From Thermodesulfovibrio sp. (lineage in GTDB: Bacteria > Nitrospirota > Thermodesulfovibrionia > Thermodesulfovibrionales > JdFR-85), in assembly GCA_027050975.1 (NCBI GenBank), contig JALUAR010000107.1:1-53923 (forward strand): DNA of 53,923 nt, read 5' to 3'. Shown one piece after another: positions 45,210 to 52,689 of this stretch; within the stretch, counting starts at the first letter, position 1, and each line of letters starts with the position of its first letter. The position numbers were made by a program, and so were the translations under genes. The notes beneath the pieces are model-generated. The model did not search any database. It was not told where the DNA came from and was given only the letters and a program-made list of their open reading frames with translations.

Positions 45210-45953
45210 ATGGCAGATGTGATTGAGTATAAAATTCACGGCAATGACATGCAGGTTGTGGAGATAATACTTGATCCGGGAGAGGCTGTGAGAGCAGAAG
45301 CAGGAGCTATGATGTTTATGGAAGATGGCATAGAGATGCAAACATCAACAGGCGGAGGACTTCTTAAGGGTTTGAAGAGGATGGTAACCGGAGAGAGCTT
45401 CTTTATAACCTCCTTCCAGAACAGCGGAAGCGGTAAGAAGAGCGTGGCCTTTGGAGCCCCTTATCCTGGAAAGATTATTCCAATTGATCTCAGCAGGGAA
45501 GGTGGCACATTTTTGTGTCAGAAGGATGCCTTTCTTTGTGCTGCCCAGGGCATTGAGATAGAGGTTGCCTTTACAAAAAGATTCGGAGCCGGCCTGTTCG
45601 GTGGCGAGGGATTTATTCTGCAGAAGTTAGTAGGAGATGGGCTTGCCTTCGTCCATGCTGGTGGAGCAATCATTGAAAGGGAACTTTCTGAAGGAGAAAC
45701 ACTAAAGGTAGATACAGGATGTCTGGTTGCCTTAGCGCCTACTGTGGATTATGACATTCAGTTCGTCGGAGGCTTCAAAAATGCCCTCTTCGGAGGAGAG
45801 GGGCTCTTTCTTGCCAGGCTGACCGGTCCGGGAAAGGTATTTCTTCAGGGATTACCGTTTTCCAGGCTTGCTGACAGGATTGCTGCTGCAGCCGGCACTG
45901 ACAGAGGCGAAGAAAGAGGAGGCCTGGTAGGCCGCATAATAGGTGGCGATTAA
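45210..45953 (+). CDS. TIGR00266 / AIM24 (DUF124) family protein
   Basis: ADVIEYKIHGNDMQVVEIILDPGE…GESFFIT…GEGFILQKL…GEGLFLARLTGPGKVFLQ. GGGAGG SD 9 nt before ATG 45210. Confidence 0.8.
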   Translation: MADVIEYKIHGNDMQVVEIILDPGEAVRAEAGAMMFMEDGIEMQTSTGGGLLKGLKRMVTGESFFITSFQNSGSGKKSVAFGAPYPGKIIPIDLSREGGTFLCQKDAFLCAAQGIEIEVAFTKRFGAGLFGGEGFILQKLVGDGLAFVHAGGAIIERELSEGETLKVDTGCLVALAPTVDYDIQFVGGFKNALFGGEGLFLARLTGPGKVFLQGLPFSRLADRIAAAAGTDRGEERGGLVGRIIGGD

Positions 45954-46159
45954 TCCAGAACAGGATACAGTAAAAAATGTGGAGGATATTCAATCGATAA
46001 CGTACAATATTTTTCGCATATTTATGAGTTATGGTGACCTCGAATCTGGAAAGATAGTCTATTGGAAAAAACAGCTGAGGTCACCAGAGAAGTGTGCGAA
46101 GAATTCTTACTGTATCTTTATGATATAAAGTTGGTTTAGTCACGAATTGCCACGCTCTT

Positions 46160-46672
46160 TCACGGTTGCTCGCTTTCCTTCTGTTTGATTAACTGTCTGA
46201 TCTTATTGAGTGTATCCTGATAAGCAGCATTTTCAGGATTCATTTTGACGGCTTTCTCTGCCAGTGCCTCTGCCTCTGAAAGCCTCTTTCCAAGCGTATA
46301 ATACAACCATGCAAGATTATTAAGAAGGGCCGGGTTTTCCGGAATCCTTCTCAATGCCTTTCTGTAGTTAGACTCGGCACAGTTATAATCTCCCATCTTA
46401 AAACAGGCATTACCCATATAAAAGTACCCTATGGGAAGCTCTTTCGAGGCGATTCTGTACTCTCTCAATGCCTCCTTGTATTTTTCTTTTTTCTCGTAAA
46501 CAACGCCCAGGTTGATATGTTCTTCAGGAGTAAGGGGATCTTCATATACCACTATTTTGGGCATGGAGCAGGACAGCAGAAATACGGAGATGACCACCAG
46601 GGCGATTCTCTTAAGGTAAAAGAAGCATTCCCCAATAATCGGTTCTTTTCCATATACTGATGAGTTTTTCAT
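46160..46672 (-). CDS. TPR-repeat lipoprotein
   Basis: Lipobox LLSC preceded by KRIALVVISVF, then about three TPR units (LGVVYEKKEKYKEALREY, MGNACFKMGDYNCAESNY, LAWLYYTLGKRLSEAEAL). The start is uncertain because the nearest ATG (46672) gives an unusually long n-region. Confidence 0.6.
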   Translation of the reverse strand: MKNSSVYGKEPIIGECFFYLKRIALVVISVFLLSCSMPKIVVYEDPLTPEEHINLGVVYEKKEKYKEALREYRIASKELPIGYFYMGNACFKMGDYNCAESNYRKALRRIPENPALLNNLAWLYYTLGKRLSEAEALAEKAVKMNPENAAYQDTLNKIRQLIKQKESEQP

Positions 46673-47162
46673 AAGAAAAGAAGGCACCCTTTTCGGTTTC
46701 CGAATGTGCGTAAATACCGTTTTTATCATATCCGATAACAACCATGAAATGGTTTTTCTGTATGAAGCCCACACCAAGATCAACCATAATTATAACAGGA
46801 TGTCCTGCATGAATGTGTCTTATCAGTTCTTGTATACCGCTACTTAGAAGTGTAGTTTTAAAGCCCTGCTTTTTGGCATACAGGTAGAGATCAATGCTCA
46901 GGGTGCCGCGGTGCTTGTAGGAAAAGATCTCACTGGCTATCTCTTCGGGAGTGATATCTTTTCCCCAGTAATTAACCACCGCAGCCAACGAAGCCGGACC
47001 ACACTGGTATCTTGACTGGGCAAAAAAGGGAACATCCAGTATCCTTTTATCTGATACGTGAGGAAGGGAGACAGGGTATGGACTGTCCCCCTTCTGCAAA
47101 CCGGTACATGCAGAAAGTATGATGAGTATGAATAAAAGTAAGAACCTATTGATCAACGACAA
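46611..47162 (-). CDS. C39-like (papain-fold) cysteine peptidase lipoprotein, PA2778-type
   Basis: Lipobox ILSACTG. Catalytic Q/C (QSRYQCGPASLAAVVNYWG) and His (NHFMVVIGYD). Resembles what RefSeq calls the PA2778-family peptidase domain (recalled, not searched). Confidence 0.7.
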   Translation of the reverse strand: MSLINRFLLLFILIILSACTGLQKGDSPYPVSLPHVSDKRILDVPFFAQSRYQCGPASLAAVVNYWGKDITPEEIASEIFSYKHRGTLSIDLYLYAKKQGFKTTLLSSGIQELIRHIHAGHPVIIMVDLGVGFIQKNHFMVVIGYDKNGIYAHSETEKGAFFSYEKLISIWKRTDYWGMLLLP

Positions 47163-47538
47163 TTATCCTGTGCCCCGTAAGCTGCAGTAGCAGCACAACA
47201 AGTATTGCTATTACAAGGAGGGTGACGATTACTCCAAGCCCGCTGTCACCTGCGACCCTTACCTGGTCCACTGACATGGCAAACTGGTGAAGCTCCTCGT
47301 CACTGAGGGAGTTGAGTCTCTGTTTGATCTCTTCGGGCTGATATCCGAGGGCCTTTAATCTGCCCGTTACCACCTCGGATTCTAAAAATCTCTGCAGCTT
47401 CTGCATATCAACCTGACGCTGGGAGATATTAATCAGTTCGGAATCGACCATAGAGGCATCCAGTCCTGAAACAGCTGATATAAATGCCATTGTGAAAACC
47501 AGATAGCAGGCAATCTGTTTGAAAAAGGGAATTCTCAC
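47146..47538 (-). CDS. PA2779-like small protein: signal peptide, helical region, C-terminal TM anchor
   Basis: 130 aa. LQRFLESEVVTGRLKALGYQPEEIKQRLNSLSDEEL, then AGDSGLGVIVTLLVIAILVVLLL. Overlaps gspD by 4 nt and the peptidase gene by 17 nt. Confidence 0.5.
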   Translation of the reverse strand: MRIPFFKQIACYLVFTMAFISAVSGLDASMVDSELINISQRQVDMQKLQRFLESEVVTGRLKALGYQPEEIKQRLNSLSDEELHQFAMSVDQVRVAGDSGLGVIVTLLVIAILVVLLLQLTGHRIIVVDQ

Positions 47539-49469
47539 GGCTCCTTCACCTCCTTTCCTGAATCAAACTTTTGGTTCCTCTGTATCTGTTCCTTAATCAC
47601 CTTTACCCTGTCCTGGAATTGTTTCGTTATCATGTCAGCCTCCTCCTCTCCTGAGATCACATATGGAGTAACCATAAGCAGGAGTTCTGTCTTTGAGTTT
47701 GTATCTGTTGTGGTACTGAATAGACCACCTATGATGGGGATATCACTTAAAATGGGTATCCCCGTTCTGCTTCTGCTCTTTTTGTTTGAGATAAGGCCTC
47801 CTATGATCAGGGTATGCCCTGACTGGACGATCGCCGTTGTCTGAGCCGTACGCTTGATGAACTTGGGGAAATCCTGGCCTGCAACCTTTTCAGAGCCTCC
47901 CGGGCTACTGAACTCCTGTTTTATTTTAAGGGTTACCTTGTTCTTTTCGCTTATGTGGGGAGTTACATTCAGTATTATTCCTGCTGTTCTGTACTGGATC
48001 TGTCCCGTTGAGACAAGTGTTGTTGCACCGGTGCCAGTGGCTGGCTGCTGGGTAAGCCCTGTTGCTATGGGGATATCATCACCTATTTCGATGGATGCCT
48101 CTTTGTTGTCAACAGCCAGTATGTGAGGGCTTGCCAGCACATTAAGATGACCTTTGGATGCAGCAAGTGACAGCAGGGTGGTGAACTTGTTAGGGTCCAA
48201 TATGTTGACGAAGGCACCTGATGATACGATCGGTGAGAAGGTAAACTCCGTTATCTGGCCTGAATCGTTTACACCGCTCAGGTAATTGCCGGGAGAATTT
48301 GTGAATCCACCCACACCTTTTACATTTCCGGAAGAGCCTTTCAAAAGCCACTCGATTCCGTATCTTGTGGTGGAGTCCAGGGTTACCTCTGCTATGAGAA
48401 CCTCAATGAGTACCTGTTTTGGGGGGATGTCAAGTTTTTTGAGTGTCTCAAGAATTGCGAGATAGTCTCCTGGACTGGCTTTGATAATAATTGCATTTAT
48501 ATCGTCATAGGCTGTTATGCTGATCTCTCCTCTGACCTCACCGGGAAGGCCGCCCACAATAGTTGGGGTAGGAGTGACAGGCTGTTTTGTTCTTCTTGTT
48601 GTTGGCAATGGTCTTCGCACCGTAGGTTGTCTCTTCTTTGCCCTGTCTTTGACATAGATGTTTTTAAGAATCTCAGCCAGCTTTTTTGCCTCTCCGTTTT
48701 CAACATAGTAGACGAAGGTCTTTATGTTTTCGCGATCTGAAGGTGGTATGTCAATGGCCTTCAGAATCTTCATAATCTTCACCAGAGCAAGGGGGCGTGC
48801 AGTTATAATGATAAGGTTGGTGGGTTCGTAAACAATGATGTCAGAGCCTCTTGGCATGAGACCTCTAAGGATATTTGCGGCGTCAGATGCCTTAACGTAA
48901 GAGAGAGGGACAATCTGGGTGATAAATGACGAATCTACCACCATCTCAACCTCTTTTCCGCTCTGCACCTCCAGATTCTGCTGCTTTGCCATGTTTATGG
49001 GAACAATCCTGTACAGCGGACCATCCTTTATAGCAGTAAGTCCGTTCAGTTCAAGGATGCTCTGGAATATTCTGAAGAGGTCCTTAAGCGGAAACTTTCG
49101 GTACGTCTGAATTGTTACCTTGCCCGAGATGCCGGGTGAAATGACGTAATTGATTCCCAGGAGTTCGCTTATTGTTGATATTACTGTCTCTATGTCCGCT
49201 CCGTCGAAGTTAAGAACAATGTATCTCTGGTCTGCATCGTTTTCAACGCGGATCGGCTCTTTGGGTTTGGCGAGCGTTTCCACGCGCTTTGGCCTTTCAA
49301 CCACCTCCTTATTAATCTCGGGAAGAACGATTTTTTCCTCCTCCGCCTTTTTTTCAGGAGGAGGCACAGTCTCTAGCTGAGGTCTAACCTCTTTGGTTGA
49401 GGTGCACGATATGAGGAAAAACAGGAAAAGAACAGAAAACAGAGCAGTGATTCTTTTCGGTATCTTCAT
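47535..49469 (-). CDS. gspD: Type II secretion system secretin GspD (lipoprotein-type signal peptide)
   Basis: Lipobox FFLISCTS, N0-N3 domains, and a secretin C-domain (VLASPHILAVDNKEASIEIGDDIP, TGIPILSDIPIIGGLF). Confidence 0.9.
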   Translation of the reverse strand: MKIPKRITALFSVLFLFFLISCTSTKEVRPQLETVPPPEKKAEEEKIVLPEINKEVVERPKRVETLAKPKEPIRVENDADQRYIVLNFDGADIETVISTISELLGINYVISPGISGKVTIQTYRKFPLKDLFRIFQSILELNGLTAIKDGPLYRIVPINMAKQQNLEVQSGKEVEMVVDSSFITQIVPLSYVKASDAANILRGLMPRGSDIIVYEPTNLIIITARPLALVKIMKILKAIDIPPSDRENIKTFVYYVENGEAKKLAEILKNIYVKDRAKKRQPTVRRPLPTTRRTKQPVTPTPTIVGGLPGEVRGEISITAYDDINAIIIKASPGDYLAILETLKKLDIPPKQVLIEVLIAEVTLDSTTRYGIEWLLKGSSGNVKGVGGFTNSPGNYLSGVNDSGQITEFTFSPIVSSGAFVNILDPNKFTTLLSLAASKGHLNVLASPHILAVDNKEASIEIGDDIPIATGLTQQPATGTGATTLVSTGQIQYRTAGIILNVTPHISEKNKVTLKIKQEFSSPGGSEKVAGQDFPKFIKRTAQTTAIVQSGHTLIIGGLISNKKSRSRTGIPILSDIPIIGGLFSTTTDTNSKTELLLMVTPYVISGEEEADMITKQFQDRVKVIKEQIQRNQKFDSGKEVKEP

Positions 49470-49482
49470 GACTTACCTCTTT

Positions 49483-49971
49483 TTATTCTGTATTTTTCAT
49501 GTTTTTTAGAGTTAGGACGAACTCCTCATCTTTCCATCTTATTTTAACTGTCCGATCGTTGATTTCTATAATCTCGGAGTCATCGATTCTTTCACCAACT
49601 CTAAGGCCCACAGGCTTTTCACCCTCTCTTTTAATGTATGCGATATATTCATTGTACTGGTTTAGTACCACTCCGATAAGTTTCAGATTAGGCCTAATCG
49701 GTGAATCCTCTGTCTCTTCCGATGTTTCACTTTCTTGTACTGGAGAAAAACTTCTGTCAGGACTGAAAATGTTCTTTTCAAGTATTTCCATATCCCAGGT
49801 TATCTTATCTGCCGCCGCCTTATCATTTGTACTGATAACTTTCTGTATCTTTTCCTTTGGAGAATTCAGGGGCTTTGTTTCCTGATATTTTATTACATTC
49901 TGATAAAAATTTATAAGAGATAATATGAAAACAACGAATATGCCTACAGATATAACAGCACGGACGATCAT
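49483..49971 (-). CDS. GspC/PilP-like inner-membrane T2SS component
   Basis: N-terminal TM, NIFSPDR motif, acidic linker, and a C-terminal beta (HR-like) domain (LKLIGVVLNQYNEYIAYIKREGE…VGERI). Assignment rests on position and architecture. Confidence 0.5.
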   Translation of the reverse strand: MIVRAVISVGIFVVFILSLINFYQNVIKYQETKPLNSPKEKIQKVISTNDKAAADKITWDMEILEKNIFSPDRSFSPVQESETSEETEDSPIRPNLKLIGVVLNQYNEYIAYIKREGEKPVGLRVGERIDDSEIIEINDRTVKIRWKDEEFVLTLKNMKNTE

Positions 49972-50510
49972 TTCTCACTCCTCTTTTTCATATATCCGAC
50001 AAAGCTTCCCCTTAGTCTGAGGTTGTAAGGATTCCTGATGTTTATAACTCTGACATTTATTGATTCAATAGTCAGGATATAGGGAGCGTTGACAACATTT
50101 TTCAGGAACTCTGTAATCTCTTTTATGTTTCCTGTGACAGTGATCTGTACGGGCAGCCCCACATAATAGCTGTAATCTATCTTATCCAGAGGTCTCATTG
50201 ATGTTACCTGCAGGGATGACTCGTCGGCATATTTCCTGATTATCTCCTGAATAGATACAAGAGCTATCGACTCGCTTCTTGCCGAGATCAGCCCCTTCTG
50301 TATCTCTGACAGGCGTTGCTCTGTGCTGGAAAGTTCCTTTTTGATCTCTTCGGTTCTTTTTGTCAAGGCAATGTATTTCTGGAGTTTTCTTGTCTTAATG
50401 AACAACTCTTCCTTTATTTCAGGCTGTTTTTGCTGGAGAGGCTGTAAATAAAAAAACTCCAGAGCCACCAATATCAGAAATGCTATGAGTATTGTTATCC
50501 TTCTTTCCAT
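49968..50510 (-). CDS. GspM/PilO-like T2SS inner-membrane platform protein
   Basis: Single N-terminal TM, coiled coil, and a ferredoxin-like C-domain. Has 4-nt and 16-nt overlaps with its neighbours. Confidence 0.55.
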   Translation of the reverse strand: MERRITILIAFLILVALEFFYLQPLQQKQPEIKEELFIKTRKLQKYIALTKRTEEIKKELSSTEQRLSEIQKGLISARSESIALVSIQEIIRKYADESSLQVTSMRPLDKIDYSYYVGLPVQITVTGNIKEITEFLKNVVNAPYILTIESINVRVINIRNPYNLRLRGSFVGYMKKRSEK

Positions 50511-51763
50511 CCCTCAATCTCCATTCTTAGCACAAATCTCTCCTTACCCTGTCTGGAAATAACCGGTGAGGTGAACCTTACATTTTTAAACAGATCAGAT
50601 GCCTCCAGCCTTTTGATAATGTCAACAGCACGTTCGGAAAAGCCTGCTATCTCAATGCTTCCTGCTTTGTACTTAAACATAGTGACCCATGTATGCTCAG
50701 GCAATATCCTGGTCAGTTCCTCCAGTGCCTTTATTGCAAGTAGTCCCTGATGGCGTATGGATGTGATCTCGTTTAATTCGCGTTCGAGTGCGTCCAGTTT
50801 TTTGCTCATTTCAAGAACATCCGATGCCTGAGACTCGATTGTTGATATTTGATGTTCTATCTTTTTTAATGCAGTTTGACTGCGATAGTAAGGTATCACA
50901 ATCGAAAGGGAGTGGAGAATGAGACTAAAGAGAGCCAGAGCCCCAAGGGCATAGATAAAACGCAATTGGCTCTGCTGCTTTGATCTGGGCATAAAATTGA
51001 GTTTTAGGGGACCTCTCTCTCTTAGGGAAGTGAGTAAAACCGAGTAAGGATCAACTGAAATCTCCTCTCTGATATCGATATCGAGCCCTGCTGAAGGAGA
51101 GCCTGAGAAGTAAACAGGCAGGGGTTCGGTAGAAAGGGATTTCAGGGCAGCCTGTACAAGGTTGCTGTTTTTTGTATGCCTGAACTCTGCTGCCTTTCCG
51201 TCTTTGATATATGCTATATTGAAATGTCCCTCCTCTTCCTGGATAAAAACAGCATCCTTCTGTTTTTTGATAAGACCTTGCTGAAGGATTGTATTAATCG
51301 TTTCGATGAAATAAGACTTTATTGCTGTTGTTGTGATTCCGAACTCTTCCAGTACCGCAACATACTGTTCTGTCTCTTTTTTTAGAATAGACATTGCCAC
51401 AACCTCGGTCTCTTTCAAATCCCGCCTTTTTATATAGAATGTGATATTATAGTCATCCACAGGCAAAGGAAGGCTTTTTTCAAGCTCAAAGGGTAATGCC
51501 TGCTCTATCTCTCTACGCTTTTTTAGCGGAAGCTTTAATGTGGTGGTTGTTATATAACGGAACGGAAGCAGAAGTACGGCCTTCTGAGGCCTGTAGGTCT
51601 TCAGTATCTCAGAAAGGTCATCCCTCAGACGTGATATAAGTATTTCTCTGTCTGGAACGGTTATCTCGTCATAGAGCTTAATTATCCTTCTGGAAAAACC
51701 ATCCTTGACAATGCAGAGTTGATATGCTTTATGTTTTATTCTCAGAGCTATTGTAACTGACAT
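50495..51763 (-). CDS. GspL-like (PilM-actin-like N-domain plus TM plus PilN-like C-domain) T2SS protein
   Basis: About 420 aa. Cytoplasmic domain, central TM (FIYALGALALFSLILHSL), periplasmic coiled coil and C-domain. Start set at ATG 51763. Confidence 0.6.
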   Translation of the reverse strand: MSVTIALRIKHKAYQLCIVKDGFSRRIIKLYDEITVPDREILISRLRDDLSEILKTYRPQKAVLLLPFRYITTTTLKLPLKKRREIEQALPFELEKSLPLPVDDYNITFYIKRRDLKETEVVAMSILKKETEQYVAVLEEFGITTTAIKSYFIETINTILQQGLIKKQKDAVFIQEEEGHFNIAYIKDGKAAEFRHTKNSNLVQAALKSLSTEPLPVYFSGSPSAGLDIDIREEISVDPYSVLLTSLRERGPLKLNFMPRSKQQSQLRFIYALGALALFSLILHSLSIVIPYYRSQTALKKIEHQISTIESQASDVLEMSKKLDALERELNEITSIRHQGLLAIKALEELTRILPEHTWVTMFKYKAGSIEIAGFSERAVDIIKRLEASDLFKNVRFTSPVISRQGKERFVLRMEIEGWKEG

Positions 51764-52688
51764 CCTCTCTCCAGTAAAGCGTTTCTGTCTCAAAGCCTTT
51801 AAGAGCAAGTCTTCTTTTTATAACAGTATCTATATTATACGAAATTGTGCTTCCCGATGGTCTGCCTTCGATTTTGATTCTGAAGTAGGTGGTTGCTGTC
51901 TTTGAAAATCCCAGTCTTGTGAACTGGGGAGGAATCATCCTGTAGCCTCCTATGGTTACGGTTCTTTGACTCATGACCGTTTCGATATCCAGATCGGAAA
52001 GCCCCAGAATGCTCATTATCTCTTTGTTTGATGTATTTATATTGAGTCCTCCGCTACCAAAGGTTGTAAATACCGTTTTAAGGCCGGGCTTGCCACCCTT
52101 CCCATAGAGTATATCGCTGCTAAAACCTTTGATCAGGAGCAGTTCATCAATTGAGTCCAATCTTCCGTTTTTTGTGCTATACCCGAGGCTTGTGTAGTAT
52201 TCATCCTCTGCTCCGTTAAGTCGATGAAGATCATCTGGATCAAGCCAATCCTTAAGGGAGTCAACCAACTCGTCTTCGGTTTCAGGTTCTATCCCGATGT
52301 TATGCAAGACCCTTCTAAGCAGTGCCTCGTTAATACGATTTATATTTAGCCTTCCCTCTTCGTCCTGTACCTTAATATTTATGACACCATCATCCGAGAC
52401 GATCCGCTCGGGTATAGGGGCTGATTCCTTGTCAAGGTAAAAATGTCCTTCCTCATCTATAAAATCCACAGCCGGGTCTTTATCTGTCTGAATGAGTCGA
52501 AGTATTTCATGGTAGCCGGTCATTGCGAGATAATATGCCTGTGTTTCCTCCTTGAAGTTTCTTGTCATTGCCCTGGAAAGCCTGCTTGAAAGATTAAAGC
52601 TCATTGCAACGATTGTGAGGAAGACCAGTACCCATATGGTCATTATAAGGGCATAACCACCTCTGTTGGCTTGAAGGTGCTTACCCAT
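51729..52688 (-). CDS. gspK: T2SS minor pseudopilin GspK
   Basis: Prepilin-like N-terminus (RGGYALIMTIWVLVFLTIVAMSF) and a helix-hairpin-helix region (IDELLLIKGFSSDILYG), typical of GspK. Confidence 0.8.
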   Translation of the reverse strand: MGKHLQANRGGYALIMTIWVLVFLTIVAMSFNLSSRLSRAMTRNFKEETQAYYLAMTGYHEILRLIQTDKDPAVDFIDEEGHFYLDKESAPIPERIVSDDGVINIKVQDEEGRLNINRINEALLRRVLHNIGIEPETEDELVDSLKDWLDPDDLHRLNGAEDEYYTSLGYSTKNGRLDSIDELLLIKGFSSDILYGKGGKPGLKTVFTTFGSGGLNINTSNKEIMSILGLSDLDIETVMSQRTVTIGGYRMIPPQFTRLGFSKTATTYFRIKIEGRPSGSTISYNIDTVIKRRLALKGFETETLYWREDVSYNSSENKT

Positions 52689-52689
52689 A

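Noticed and set aside
45943-46128. Short intergenic ORFs: 45943-46128 (61 aa), 41730-41930 (66 aa), 3027-3308 (93 aa), 12302-12490 (62 aa).
   Set aside because: They have no SD sequences and odd composition. They overlap terminators or neighbouring gene ends, and no motif is recognisable. I treated them as non-coding.
46611-46783. The 173-nt overlap of the peptidase and TPR ORFs, read as a frameshifted single PA2778-type fusion gene (pseudogene or assembly error).
   Set aside because: The peptidase ORF ends after an apparently complete domain (…WKRTDYWGMLLLP). The TPR ORF carries its own KR plus hydrophobic plus LLSC lipobox right after that stop, which argues for two separate lipoproteins. 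The TPR start codon remains uncertain, so this is not fully excluded.
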